Below are positions 34,306-59,335 of a stretch of 64,000 bases of DNA, in pieces. The stretch comes from the human T2T-CHM13v2.0 reference genome, Homo sapiens. The notes below the pieces were generated by a model. The model was not told the DNA's origin. It saw only the letters and a program-made list of their open reading frames with translations, and searched no databases. The stretch lies in NCBI RefSeq assembly GCF_009914755.1, contig NC_060937.1. The stretch is one strand, 5' to 3'. The position numbers and the translations under genes are program-made. Within the stretch, counting starts at the first letter, position 1. Each line of letters opens with the position of its first letter.

Positions 34306-34768
34306 TCCTGAGTCGTCACCCTTGGATTTTATGGATCACGGAGCTGACCATCTTTACCTGGTCCTGGAACTGAAAAACTGTAGCTTGTGTGAAAATGAGC
34401 CTTTGGACCAGTCTTTATTAAAACAAACAAACATGAGTAGTCTGCATATCGAATATCTAGAGCTCTAAACCCCCCAATACTTAAAAGTCTAATTGCTGTC
34501 CTGTGGTTTCATTAGTCTGATAGGAAGATAGGGATTTCCTCAGTCACAGATGATATTTTGAAGGAAAGCTGCAATAAAGCCACAATGATTTGAGGTCTTT
34601 GCTTAAGTATGAGATACTTGATGGGGGCTTTATCATGCAACATTAGTTTGCTTACCTTAAGAATTGCCCAAAAATGAAAGAAAATATGAGCTTTTCAGTT
34701 AAACATACTCCTAAAAACATTTTCCGGGATTTTACTACTAAAATTGGACATTTAAGCGAAGTAAAAGA

Positions 34769-39612
<4,844 letters not shown>

Positions 39613-40385
39613 TGAAACATGTAACTTTTCTCTTTGAAAACCTATAACTGTTACCATCATAGTCATCATAGTTCTTGATCTTTTTTGTCAACAGAGGCTA
39701 ATTGGCCACCCAGAGATGTTCATAATCACACATGTAACAAAATACATCATTGCCAACCTGGGCGTTATGCACAGTCCCTGTCTTATATCTGTAATAGATG
39801 TCCTGGGGCTCTGTTTTATCCAATTGTTGAGTGAGGGAAAGTGCCATTTCTCAACCTTGCCTGAGCGGTCAGGAAAAGCTTCATAAGAGGTGATCCTTAA
39901 GCAAATTCATAGTTTGCCTTGCCAGCAAGTGGGTGGCAGGAATTACAGGCAGAGGGAACGATCTTGTGATTGTTTAAGAAGTTGATAGTATTTTAGTATT
40001 GTTAGAGGATAGGATATTTGAGAATGGGGAAGAAAAGAGAGAAAAGGCTGAAGAAGTAGGCAGGGACTAGAACACAAAAGATCTTGCATGACACTATAAG
40101 AAGTTTTATAAACTTATAAAACTTTATAAAAACTTTTATAAAACTGTATCAGTAATGGGGAGCCATTGAAAATTTTTAATTAGTGGAATAATGAAAAACA
40201 CGATGAAGCCAAGCGTAGTGGTGCTCCTGTGATCCTGCCTACTTGGGAGGCCTAGGCAGGAGGATTGCTTGAGCCCAGGAGTTTGAAGCTGCAGTGAACT
40301 GTGACTGTACCATCGCACAACAGCCTGGGCAACAGAACAAGACCCCATCTCTTTAAAAAGGAAAGAAAGAAAAAAAAGAAATGCA

Positions 40386-42083
40386 TTGGTAATGGTACCA
40401 AAACAGATGTATAGACCAATGGAACAGAACAGAGGCCTCAGAAATAACGTCACACATCTACAACCATCTGATCTTAAACAAACCTGACAAAAGCAAACAA
40501 TGGGGAAAGGATTCCCTATTTAATAAATGGCGTTGGGAAAACTGGCTAGCCATGTGCAGAAAACTGGACCCCTTCCTTACACCTTATACAAAAATTAACT
40601 CAAGATGGAGTAAAGGCCGGGCACGGTGGCTCACGCCTGTAATCCCAGCACTTTGGGAGGCCGAGGTGGGCGGATCACGAGGTCAGGAGATTGAGATCAT
40701 CCTGGCTAACACAGTGAAACCCCGTCTCTACTAAAAATACAAAAACAAAATTAGCCGGGCGTGGTGGCAGGCGCCTGTAGTGCCAGCTACTCAGGAGGCT
40801 GAGGCGGGAAAATGGCATGAACTGGGAAGGCGGAGCTTGCAGCGAGCCAAGATCGAGCCACTACACTACACTCCAACTCCAGCCTGGGCGACAGAGTGAG
40901 ACTCCGTCTCCAAAAAAAAAAAAAAAGATGGATTAACGACTTAAATGTAAGACTTAAAACCATAAAAACCCTAGAAGAAAACCTAGGCAATACTATTCAG
41001 GACACAGGCATGGGCAAAGACTTTATGACTAAAACACCAAAAGCAATGGCAACAAAAGCCAAAATTGACAAATGGGATCCAATTAAACTAAAGAGCTTCT
41101 GCACAGCGAAAGAAACTATCATCAGAGTGGACAGGCAGCCTACAGAATGGGAGACAATTTTTGCAGTCTATCCATCTGACAAAGGGCTAATATCCAGAAT
41201 CTAGGAGGAACTTAAACAAATTTACAAGAAAAAATAAACAACCCCATCAAAAAGTGGGTGAAGGATATGAACAGACACTTCTCAAAAGAAGACATTTATG
41301 CGGCCAACAAATATAAGAAAAAAAGCTCATCATCACTGGTCATTAGAGAAATGCAAATCAAAACCACAATGAGATTCCATCTCAAGCCAGTTAGAATGGT
41401 GATCATTAAAAAGTCAGGAAACAACAGATGCTGGAGAGGATGTGGAGAAATAGGAACTCTTTCACACTGTTGGTGGGAGTGTAAATTAGTTCAACCATTG
41501 TTGAAGACAGTGTGGCGATTCCTCAAGGATCTAGAACCAGAACTACCATTTGACCCAGCAATCCCATTACTGGGTGTATACTGAAAGAATTATAAATGAT
41601 TTTACTATAAAGACACATACACACGTATGTTTATTGCAGCACTATTCACAATAGCAAAGACTTGGAACCCACCCAGATGCCCATCAATGATAGACTGGAT
41701 AAAGGAGATGTGGCATATATACACCATGGAATACTATGCAACCATGTAAATGATGAGTTCATGTCCTTTGCAGGGACATGGATGAAGCTGGAAACTATCA
41801 TTCTCAGCAAACTAACACAGGAGCAGAAAACCAAACACTGCATGTTCTCATCTATAAGTGGGAGTTGAACAGTGAGAACACATGGACACAGGGAGGAGAA
41901 CACACTGGGGCCTGTTGGGGGGTAGGGGCCTAGGGGAGGGATAGCATTGGGAGAAATACCTAATGTAGATAACAGGTTGATGGGTGCAGCAAACCATCAT
42001 GGCACGTGTATACCTATGTAACAAACCTGCAGGTTCTGCACATGTATCCCAGAACTTTAAGTATAATAATAATAATAAAAAAG
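40386..42083 (+). mobile_element. 5'-truncated L1PA (PA7/8-like) interrupted by an AluY at ~40615-40924
   Basis: ORF2 remnants (ORFs 40896..41204, 41258..41584) and L1 3' UTR; the AluY is flanked by aagatgga(g/t)taa. Confidence 0.92.
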
Positions 42084-42265
42084 AGGGCCAGGTGCAGTGG
42101 CTCATGTCTGCAATCCTAGCACTTTGGGAGGCCGAGGCAGGCAGATCACCTGAGGTCGAGAATTTGAGACCAGCCTGACCAACATGGAGAAACCCCATCT
42201 CTACTAAAAATACAAAAAAATTAGCCAGGCTTGGTGGCGCGCATGCCTGTAATCCCAGCTACTCA

Positions 42266-42370
<105 letters not shown>

Positions 42371-42779
42371 TCAAAAAAAAAAAAAAATGCATGATGGAAG
42401 TGGTTTGGTGGAGGTAGAGATTGGGAATAGAACATACGGCTAGTGCGGTAATCCAGCTAAGTATTGAATTTGGATGGTAGAAGCATAAGGGGGTGAAAAG
42501 GTAGAATTAACATAAGTTGCAACCAATCAGATGACTTCTAATTTTCTGCCTTGGAGGGTGTTTTATGATTTATATGGGATAATGCAAATAGCTTCAGTGA
42601 CTGTTTCTCCAATATATTCATTGGAAAGTTCCCTGGGATGAACTCTACCATTTGCTTTTCTTCGTTTGAAACCAAGCTTGCTGCTGGAAAAAAATCACAT
42701 AAGTAGGGTTATTACTTTCTGTTAAAATTCATGATCACAATCACTCAGAACTCAACACTCCCTGGCAATCTTTATTTTT

Positions 42780-44557
42780 TTATTTTTATTTTTATTTTTT
42801 ATTTATTTATTTTTTATTGATAATTCTTGGGTGTTTCTCACAGAGGGGGATTTGGCAGGGTCATAGGACAATAGTGGAGGGAAGGTCAGCAGATAAACAA
42901 GTGAACAAAAGTCTCTGGTTTTCCTAGGCAGAGGACCCTGCGGCCTTCGGCAGTGTTTGTGTCCCTGGGTACTTGAGATTAGGGAGTGGTGATGACTCTT
43001 AACGAGCATGCTGCCTTCAAGCATCTGTTTAACAAAGCACATCTTGCACCGCCCTTAATCCATTTAACCCTGAGTGGACACAGCACATGTTTCAGAGAGC
43101 ACAGGGTTGGGGGTAAGGTCACAGATCAACAGGATCCCACGGCAGAAGAAGTTTTCTTAGTACAGAACAAAATGAAAAGTCTCCCATGTCTACTTCTTTC
43201 TACACAGACACGGCAACCATCCGATTTCTCAATCTTTTCCCCACCTTTCCCGCCTTTCTATTCCACAAAACCGCCATTGTCATCCTGGCCCGCTCTCAAT
43301 GAGCTGTTGGGCACACCTCCCAGACGGGGTGGTGGCCGGGCAGAGGGGCTCCTCACCTCCCAGTAGGGGCGGCCGGGCAGAGGCGCCCCTCACCTCCCGG
43401 GCGGGGCGGCCGGCCAGGCGGGGGGCTGACCCCCCCACCTCCCTCCCGGACGGGGCGGCTGGCCGGGCGGGGGGCTGACCCCCCCACCTCCCTCCCGGAC
43501 GGGGCGGCTGGCCGGGCGGGGGGCTGACCCCCCCACCTCCCTCCCGGACGGGGCGGCTGGCCGGGCGGGGGGCTGACCCCGCCACCTCCTTCCCGGACGG
43601 GGCGGCTGGCCGGGCGGGGGGCTGACCCCCTCACCTCCCTCCCGGATGGGGCGGCTGGCCTGGCGGGGGGCTGACCCCCCCAACCTCCCTCCCGGACGGG
43701 GTGGCTGCCGGGCGGAGACGCTCCTCACTTCCCAGACTGGGTGGCTGCTGGGCGGAGAGGCTCCTCACTTCTCAGACGGGGCGGCCGGGCAGAGATGCTC
43801 CTCACCTCCCAGACGGGGTCGCAGCCGGGCAGAGGTGCTCCTCACATCCCAGACGGGGCGGCGAGGCAGAGGCGCTCCCCACATCTCAGACGATGGGCGG
43901 CCGGGCAGAGACGCTCCTCACCTCCTAGATGTGATGGCGGCCGGGAAGAGGTGCTCCTCACTTCCTAGGTGGGATGGCGGCCGGGCGGAGACGCTCCTCA
44001 CTTTCCAGACTGGGCAGCCAGGCAGAGGGGCTCCTCACATCCCAGACGATGGGCGGCCAGGCAGAGACGCTCCTCACTTCCCAGATGGGGTGGCAGCTGG
44101 GCAGAGGCTGCAATCTCGGCACTTTGGGAGGCCAAGGCAGGCGGCTGGGAGGTGGAGGTTGTAGCGAGCCGAGATCACGCCACTGCACTCCAGCCTGGGC
44201 ACCATTGAGCACTGAGTAAACGAGACTCCGTCTGCAATCCCGGCACCTCGGGAGGCCGAGGCTGGCGGATCACTTGCGGTTAGGGGCTGGAGACCGGCCT
44301 GGCCAACACAGCGAAACCCCGTCTCCACCAAAACCAGTCAGGCGTGGCGGCGCGAGCCCGCAATCGCAGGCACTCCGCAGGCTGAGTCAGGAGAATCAGG
44401 CAGGGAGGTTGCAGTGAGCCGAGATGGCAGCAGTACAGTCCGGCCTCGGCTCAGCATGAGAGGGAGACCGTGGAAAGAGAGGGAGAGGGAGACCGTGGGG
44501 AGAGGGAGAGGGAGAGGGGAAAGGGGAGAGGGGAGAGGGAGAGGGAGAGGGAGAGGG
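42780..44557 (-). mobile_element. Full-length SVA retrotransposon (probably young SVA_E/F type)
   Basis: (CCCTCT)n hexamer ~44460-44557, Alu-like region ~44100-44460, GC-rich VNTR ~43310-44100, SINE-R ~42820-43300, patterned A tail. Perfect 16-bp TSD ggcaatctttattttt at 42764-42779 and 44558-44573. Confidence 0.96.
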
Positions 44558-44910
44558 GGCAATCTTTATTTTTAAATTTTTTATTGAAGAAAAAAATTTT
44601 TTGAGACCAAGTCTCACTGTATTGCCCAGGCTGAAGTGCAGTGGCAATTTACAAACACAATAATAGCTTGCTATAATCTTGAACTCCTTGGCTCAAGCAA
44701 TCCTCCTGCCTCAGCCTCCCAAGTAGCTGACACTACAGGCCCACCACCACGCCTGGCTAATTTTTTTAATTTTAATTTTTTTGTGGAGACAGGATCTAGT
44801 TATGTTGCCCAGGCTGGTCTCAAACTCCTGATCCTCCTGTCTTGGCCTCCCAAAGTGCTGAAAGTACCTGTGTGAACCACAGTGCCTAGCACCCCAGCAA
44901 TTTTATCATG

Positions 44911-45303
44911 TGTATTATGTTGCTAGGGCTGTCATTAACAATACCACAGTCTGGGTGGCTTAAACAACAGAAATTTATTTTTCCACAGTTCTGAAGGGTG
45001 GATTGGTTTTCTTGATCCTTTGGTAAGGATCTGTTACACACCTCTCTGCTTTCAGATGATCATCTCACTCTCTTCCCATGGTTGTCTCTGTTCATGCACC
45101 AGCCTGGTGTCAAATCTGTATTTCCAAATTTCCTCTTAAAAGGCTAGCAGCCATATTCGATTAAGGGCCACCACAACTGTCTAATTTTAACTTAATTACC
45201 ACCTTTAAAGACCTATTTCCAAAGACAGTTACATTCTGAGGTGATGGAGGTTAGGACTTCAACATACTGTAGAATTTTGAGGGACACAGTTCAGCTCATA
45301 ACA
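44911..45303 (-). mobile_element. MLT1-type solo LTR
   Basis: tgtatta..gctagggctg...ggtggcttaaacaacagaaatttatt...gggacacagttcagctcataaca; TSD tcatg/ccatg. Confidence 0.8.
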
Positions 45304-45608
45304 CCATGCCATATTGATTGAATTGTTGTAATTTATCCTATTCATTGAGATAACTCATACCTTTTCCTCCCTGCAGTAGCCTTCTGCTTTCAGGCCCTCC
45401 TCCATCATCATCCCCATCTGTGACCTAACCTCATATACCCTGATAACATGGAATCTCATCACTGTGGATCCCCTTCACCTTCACAACACCTAAGCCTCTG
45501 TCTGTCCTCATCTTCAATCCTTTGTTGATATCAAGGATATACCCTCCTTTCAAATGCCCTGCCTGGGTTCCTGTTGAAAACAATGAATTGGGCCAGTGTG
45601 GTCACTCA

Positions 45609-45884
<276 letters not shown>

Positions 45885-46015
45885 TCAAAAAAAAAAAAAA
45901 AAAGAGAATATTGTAAAGGAGGTGGAAAAAAAGATAAGTGTTCAGGAAATCCAAAGAAAGAGTGACAACAAACTTCTTGACATAAACCATGCAAGCCAAC
46001 AGGGGAACATGACTT

Positions 46016-46054
<39 letters not shown>

Positions 46055-46060
46055 TTTTGA

Positions 46061-46219
<159 letters not shown>

Positions 46220-46386
46220 TAGTAGAGATGGGGTTTCTTCATGTTGGTCAGGCTGGTCTCGAACTCTCGACCTCAGGTGATCCACCCACCTCGGCCTCCC
46301 AAAGTGCTGGGATTACAGGTGTGAGCCACTGTGCCTGGCCAGGAACATGACTTTTAAAGTACTGAAAGTTTTTTATTTTTTAATTT

Positions 46387-46417
<31 letters not shown>

Positions 46418-46426
46418 TTTTTTTGA

Positions 46427-46534
<108 letters not shown>

Positions 46535-47463
46535 TAGCTGGGATTACAGGCATGCACTACCATGCCCGGCTAATTTTGTATTTTTTTGTGTGTTTTTAGT
46601 AGAGACGGGGTTTCTCCATGTTGGTCAGGCTGGTCTCGAGCTCCTGACCTCAGGTGATCCACCTGCCTCAGCCTCCCAAAGTGCTGGGATTACAGACGTG
46701 AGCCACCGTGCCTGGCCTGAAAGTTTTTAAAAAAGCTGTCTGCCTTAAAGTAAGGTGGGGTTGGGAGAAGCAATAAAGATCAGCGCAGAAACCAATGATA
46801 CTAGAAAAGTAAAACAATAGGGAAAAAAAAGGATATATTCGAACATCAATAAAATTGATAAATCTCTGGCCAGAATAATCAGGAAGAGAAAAGACATGAA
46901 TTACCATGATCAGAAATTAGTAAAATGGCATCATTAAAATGTTTACAGATTTTTAAAAATATAACAAAATATTAACGACTTTACTCCAATAAATTGGACA
47001 ACTTAGATAAAATAGACAAATTCCTTGAAAAACACAAACTACCAAAGCCCACTGAAGAAACAGATAAACTGAATGGACTTATATGTTCAATAATTGGATT
47101 TGTAGTTAAAAACCTTCCCACAAGGAAGACTCCAGGCCCAGACAGTTTCATTAGTGAATTTTACCAAACATTTCTGGAATAACACCAATTCTATATAAAC
47201 TCTTAACAGAAAATTGAAGAGGAGAGAATACTGCCCAACTCAGTGTAAGAAGCCAGTATTATCCTGATATGAAAGCTTTAAAAAGACTTTACAAGAAAAA
47301 TCTACAGAACAATATCCTTTATGAACATAGATGCAAAACTTTAAAATTTTATTTGAATCCCTACAATATATAGAAACATGACAACATCATGATCAAATGG
47401 AGTTTATCCCTTGAATGCAAGGTTGGTTTAGCATTTGCAAATCACTCTAATTTACCTTATTAC

Positions 47464-47492
<29 letters not shown>
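47464..47492. repeat. (CA)n microsatellite
   Basis: About 14 units. Confidence 0.95.
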
Positions 47493-47494
<2 letters not shown>

Positions 47495-48311
47495 ATGATT
47501 ATCTCATTAGATGTAGATAAAAGCATCTGACAAAATCTGACATCCAATCCTAATAAAAACTCTCAGCAAAGTAGGGCTAAAAGGAAACTTCCTTGACCTG
47601 ACAAAGTACACCTATGAAAAACCAACTGCTAACATCATATTTAATAGTAAAAAACCTAATTCTTTCCTCCCTAAAATCAAGAACAAGGCTAAAATGACTG
47701 TTTTGGGTTGGTTTGGTTGTTGGTTTGAGACAGTCTCACTCTGTCGCCCAGGCTGGAGTGCAGTGGCGCTCTCATGGCAGCATCTCCAGGGCTTAAGTGA
47801 CCCTCCCACCTCAGCTTCCTGAGTAGCTGGAAATACAGGTGCGTTCTACTATGAGCGGCTGATTTTTGTATTTTTGGTAGAGATGGGGTTTCTCCATGTT
47901 GCCCAGGCTGGTTTCAAACTCCTGACCTCAAGTGATCCTCTTGCCTCTGCCTCCCGAAGTGCTGGAATTACAGGTGTGAGCCACTGCTCCCGGCCTGATC
48001 TACACTTTCAATGCAATCCCAGCTAAAATCCAGTAGGTATTTTTGTGGGGGTTAGCGGGTGTAGAAATTGACTAGTTGGTTCTAAAGTTCATGTGGAAAT
48101 TCAAAGGACCTTGAATTACAAAAACAACTTTGAAAAAAAAAGTTGGAAAACTTGCACTACTCAATTTCAAGACAAAATGTAAAGCTACAGTAATCAAGAG
48201 AGTGTGATGTTGGCATAAAGACGGACAAATAGCTGGGCGCGGTGGCTCACACCTGTAATCCCAGCACTTTTGGAGGCTGAGGTGGGCAAATCACTTGAGC
48301 TCAGGAGTTCA

Positions 48312-48563
<252 letters not shown>

Positions 48564-48692
48564 TCAGAAGTAGGTCAATTCATATATAGGCTATTAATTT
48601 TCAACAGAGATACACAGGTAATTCAGTGGGGAAAGAATGGTCTTTTGCAAAAAAAAAAAAAAAAAAATTGTGCTGAAACAAATGGGTAGTCT

Positions 48693-50276
<1,584 letters not shown>

Positions 50277-50974
50277 TGATCTGTACTTCATGCTTTATAT
50301 AAAAATTAACTCAAGGTGGATTGTGAACTAAATAGAAAACCTAAAACTATAAAACTTCTAGTAGAAAACATAAGGGAAAAATCTTTGTGACCTTTGGTTA
50401 AGGAAAGATTTATTAAATATGACCCAAAGTGATTAATTAAACCAACATTTGAGAAATTAGACGTCAATCAAAATTAACATCTGCTTTTTAAAAGACACTG
50501 TTAAAAGAATGGAAAAACAAGCTACACTCTGGGAGAAAAATATCTGATAAAGGACTCATATCTGGAATATATAAGTCATTCTCAAAATTCAATAATAAAA
50601 GAAAAACCAAAAACATTTAAATGGGCAAAATATTTTAACAGTCTTCAAAAAAATATGGATTGCAAAGAAAACACATGAAAACAAATTCAACACCATTAGT
50701 CAAAAGGAAAATGCCAATTAAAACCACCATGATATACACATCCATTAGAAGGTCTCAAATGTAAAAGATTGACATTATCAGCCTGGCGCAGTGGCTCACG
50801 CCTGTAATGCCAGCCCTTTGGGAGGCCAAGGCAGGTGGATCACAGGTCAAGAGATTGAGACCATCCTGGCCAACATGGTGAAACCTCGTATCTACTAAAA
50901 ATACAAAAATTGGCCAGGCGAGGTGGCACACACTTGTAATCCCAGCACTTTGGTAGGCTGAGGCGGGCAGATCA

Positions 50975-51271
<297 letters not shown>

Positions 51272-51339
51272 CTAAAAGCAAGAAGTATCATCTATCAACT
51301 GAGGAATGGATACGCAAATTGTGGTATATACACAAAATT

Positions 51340-54700
<3,361 letters not shown>

Positions 54701-55105
54701 CTCCTCTGAAACTACCCCTACAAAGGAAGCAGGGTGCTTCTTCACCTACAAAGGAGCACAGGTGTTTCTTCTCCTTCCCCGTCACCCCTTTTCAAATGTT
54801 ACCACCCTTCATAGCATCAGATAGATTCCATCGCATGCACCTGCACACATCCAGAGGCGCATTCACAGAGCACTGCATGGAGCTACGTGCACCGATGGCT
54901 CGGGAGGCCCCCCTGCTGGTTTTGACTTATGATGTAGTTTTTGCCCTCGGGTGGAGGACACTTTGCAAAAGACACAGCCTCCATCCCTGCACACCCAGCC
55001 ACCACCACAAGGCTGGGAGGGTGGGGAACAGGGGGTCCTCATTCTTTATTCATAGCCTCATGAACTTCAGGGAGCACAGGCAGCATTAACCCCAGGGGGG
55101 TTGCC

Positions 55106-55146
55106 CCTTCCTTCCTTCCTTCCTTCCTTCCTTCCTTCCTTCCTTC
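55106..55146. repeat. (CCTT)n tetranucleotide microsatellite
   Basis: About 10 perfect units. Confidence 0.95.
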
Positions 55147-56574
55147 CTTCCTTCCTTCCTTCCTTCCACAAACATATTCAGAAAGTGTATTTCATGACTA
55201 GCACTGTGCCAGACACTGGAGATAATAAAGAAAAACAGCACTGGGCCTATAATTGGGAGTCTAGATATACGATATGGAAATGCAGCTGACAATGCAAGGA
55301 GCAAGAGGACTCGCACAGTGGTGCATGGCAGCTTGCTGTCATTTTCTGGGCACAGAAAGTGCGATGGAAGGGAATGAGAAGGGGAAAAAGGAAGGATGAC
55401 AGGACGGAAGGAGGGAAAGAAGGAAGAGGAAAAAAGAAAGGACAGGAGAAAGGGAGGAAGGCTTCTGCCAAAAAATTAAAATCAAATTTTTGACATTCTT
55501 TTTGTTTGCCTTTTTTGAAACAAAATGACACTTGCCAGACACCAGCTTCCTGGCCCATGTCCTGGTCCTTGGTATCCAGATGACAGCAGTGTGATCCTGC
55601 TGTGAGTTCCTTCCGTGCCTTCTGATCTGAGTTCCTGAAAGCAGAGAGCCACTCAGGAACTGCTGTCTCTCAGGCCAGCTGGCTGGTGATGGGCTTTTGA
55701 AGACTCTGCTCTCTCTCCTGCTGGAAGAGCTCCCCAGGGGCCACCAGGAGCCAGGTGACCGCTCTCAGCCTCTGTGAGCTACTGGAGATCACCAGACCTT
55801 CCCACATCCCGGGCAGGTGCCAGGGCCTTTAAGGAGGCTTTCTGCTCTGCAGGGATGTTCTGTGGGCTCCAGTATTCTGGCGAGCATCAGCTTATTCTCG
55901 GCTTAGTCTTCTTGCTCTATAGCTCCTGCCTCTGTTTTGCTTCTTTTTGGTGATGCCCTGTTTCCACCTTATGAAGAGGGCCTGTAAAATCCAAGCTCTG
56001 CACAAACCCCCAGGGGTGGTTAGGGGCACTGGAGAAGGGCTGTGTGTCGACCACTTGGTTGGATTTTACATCCCTTGGACTTGAATACTTATAATTTAAA
56101 TTTGAGTCTCTGTCAATGTAACTCTTACATATTTTCTTTTTTAAAATTCCTTTCCCCAAAGTCTAGGGTATATGTAAATATGTTCAGCATCATGAATCTG
56201 TTCTGAAATTTTCCTTTCTGCCAAGATTCTTACACAATTCATCTTCATAGATCAACAATAAATCCAAATTGGAGTTCCCTTTATTGCTTCCTCTTTTTGC
56301 TTTTCATTTTATAACTAATTCAATATTTATTTGGAAATATTGTGAAATATTTAAAATGTACACAAGGCATATAGAATAATTCAATGAACTACTGTGCATC
56401 CACCATCCAATGGAAAAAATAAAACATTATCAGTACATTGGAAGCCCTCTGGGTACCCAGTCCCAGGCTGCATATTGACCTCCCCACAGACAGATAAACA
56501 CCACCATGAAATTAGGGTTTATAATCATCATACTTCATACCTTTAGTACATATGCTTGTATCTCTAGTATGCAG

Positions 56575-59335
56575 TGTATTAAGTGGTTCTTGCATTGATA
56601 TAAAGAGATACGTGAGACTGGATAATTTATAAGAAAAGCAGGTTAATTGGCTCATGGTTCTGCAGGCTATACAGGAAGCACAGTGTCAACATCTGCTTCT
56701 GGGGAGGCCTCGGGAAGCTTACAATCATGGCAGCAGACAAAGGGGGAGCAAGAGTGGCAGGGGAGATGCCACACTTTTTAAACAACCAGATCTCATGAGA
56801 ACTCGCTCACTAGCCTGAGAACAGCATCAAACCATGAGGGATCTATCCCCATGACCAAAACACCTCCCAACAGGCCCCACCTCCAGCACTGGGGAGTACA
56901 TTTCAACAAGAGATTTCAGTGGGGACAAATATCCAAACAATATCATTCAGCCCCTGCCCCCTCCCCCCACAAATCTCATGTCCTTCTTACATTGCAAAAT
57001 ATAATCAGGGCTTCTCAATTGTCCCCCAAAATCTTAACTCATTCCAGTATTAACTCAAAAGTCCCAAGTCCAAAGTCTCATCTAGAATGAGTTCCTTTCA
57101 CCTACAAACCTATAAAATCAAAACAAGTTATTTACGTCCAAGATACAATGAGGGTACAGACATTGGGTAAATACTCCCAACCCAAAAGGGAGAAATCAGA
57201 CAAAAGAAAGGAGCTACAGGCCCCATGCAGGTTCAGAACCTACCAGGGCAGTCACTAAGTCTTAAATCTTCAAAATAATCTCTTTTGACTACATGTCCCA
57301 CATTCTGGGCACATGGTGTGCTGGGTGGTCTCCCAAGGCCTTGAGGAGCTTTGACCCTGTGGCTTTGCTGGGTTCAGGCCCTGAAGCTGCTCTCACAGCT
57401 TATTGAGTGCCTGCCACTTTTCCATGTGCAGGATGCAAGCTGCTGGTGTATCTACCATTCTGGGATCTGAAGGATGGTGACCCCCCTTCTCACAGCTCCA
57501 CTAGGCAGTGTCCCAGTGGGGACTCTGTGTGGCGGCTCCAATCCCACAATTCCCCTCTGCACTGCCCTAGTAGAGTATCTCCATGAGGGCTCTGCCCCTG
57601 CAGTGGGCTTCTGCCTGAGCATTCAGGCTTTCCCATACACCCTCTGAAATCTAGGCAGAGGCTGCCAAGCCTCCTTTACTCTTGCAGTCTATGTCTGCAG
57701 GCTTAACATCACATGGAAGCTGCCAAGGCTTATGGCTTGCATTCTCCAAAGTGGCAGCCCAAGCTGTACCTGGGGTCCTCTGAGCTGAGACTGAAGCTGG
57801 GGTGGCCTGAATGTGAGAAGCAGTGTACTGAGGCTGCACAGGGCAGAGGGACCCTGGACCTGGCCCACAAAGCCATTCAGTCCTCCTGGGCCTCTGGGCC
57901 TGTGATGGGGGGAGCTGCCTCAGAGACTTCTGAAAAGCCCTAGAGGCCTTTTTCCTATTGTCTTGGATATTAGCACTTGGATCTCTTTTAGTTATGCAAA
58001 TGTCTCTAGCAAGTGGTTTCTCCACAGCCTGCTTGAGTTCCTCCCCTGAAAAGAGACTTTTCTTTTGTACCATACATTCAGGTGGCAAATTTTCCAAATT
58101 TTTATTCTTTGTTTCCCTAAGTTCCAACTTTAGGGCATTTCTTTGCTCCCACATCTGAGCATAGTTCTTTAGAAGCAACGAGGTCACATCTTGAATGCTT
58201 TGCTGCTTAGAAATTTCTTCTGCCACATACTCAAAATTATCACTTTTAAGTTCAAACTTCCACAGATCCCTGGGGCATGGACATAATGCAGCCAAGTTCT
58301 TTGTTAAGGCATAACACTCATGACCTTTGCTCCAGTTCCCAATAAGTTCCTCACTTCCATCTCAGACCTCAGCAGCCTGGACTTCACTGCCTATATCACT
58401 ATCAGCATTTTGGTCACAGTCATTTACCCAGTTTCTAAGAAGCTGCAAATTTTCCCTCATCTTCCTGTCTTCTTCTGAGTCCTCCAAACTCTTCCAACCT
58501 CTGCACATTACCCAGTTCCAAAGCTACTTCCACATCATCAGGTATCTTAATAGTAATGCCCCACTCCTCAGTACCAATTTTCTGTATTAAGCCATTCTTG
58601 CATTGCTATAAATAAATACCTGAGACTGGGTAATTTATAAGAAAAGAGGTTTAATTGGCTCATGGTTCTTCAAGCTATACAGGAAGTCTAGTGCCAACAT
58701 CTGCTTCTGGGGAGGGCTCAGGAAGCTTATGATCATGACAAAAGGCAAAGGGGGAACAAGAGTGGTGGGGGAGGTGCCACACTTTTAAAAAGCCATATCT
58801 CATGAGAATTCACTGACTAGCATAAGAATAGCATCAAGCCATGAGGGATCCACCCCATTGACCCAAACATCTCCCAGCAGGCCTCACCTCCAGGTTTGGG
58901 GATTACATTTGGTATTAGTCTGTTTTCATACTGCTATAAAGAACTGCCAGAGACTGGGCAAATTATAAAGGAAAGAAGTTTAACTGACTCACAACTGAGC
59001 ATGGCTGGGGAGGCCTCAGGAAACTTACAATCATGGCAGAAGGCAAAGAGGAAGCAGGGCACCTTCTTCACAAAGCAGCAGGAAGGAGAAGTGCAGAGCA
59101 AAGGGGGAGAGCCCCTTATAAAACCATTAGATCATGTGAGAACTCCCTCACTACCACAAGAAGAGCATGGGGGAAACTGTCCCCATGATTCAATTGCCTC
59201 CACCTGGTCTCTCCCTTGACACATGGGGATTATGGAGATTGAAATTCAAGATGAGATTTTGGTGGGGACACAAAGCCTGACTAGATCACATTTCAACAAG
59301 ATATTTAAGTGAGTACAAATATTTAAACTATATTA
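56575..59335 (-). mobile_element. Complete MST (MaLR) element: LTR 56575-56945, internal 56946-58582, LTR 58583-59335
   Basis: Two similar LTRs beginning tgtattaag..ttcttgcattg; 5-bp TSD tgcag/tgtag; internal ORF remnant 57651..58295. Confidence 0.9.
58911..59288 (-). mobile_element. THE1 (THE1D-like) solo LTR nested in the MST LTR
   Basis: gtattagtctgttttcatactgctataaag...cacaaagcctgactagatca; perfect TSD cattt at 58906-58910 and 59289-59293. Confidence 0.88.

Noticed and set aside
40100-40146. Degenerate (ttataaaac)n run
   Set aside because: Low-complexity AT slippage product with no further structure.
42803-44647. Many overlapping 75-172 aa ORFs
   Set aside because: All lie within the SVA (SINE-R, VNTR, Alu-like region).
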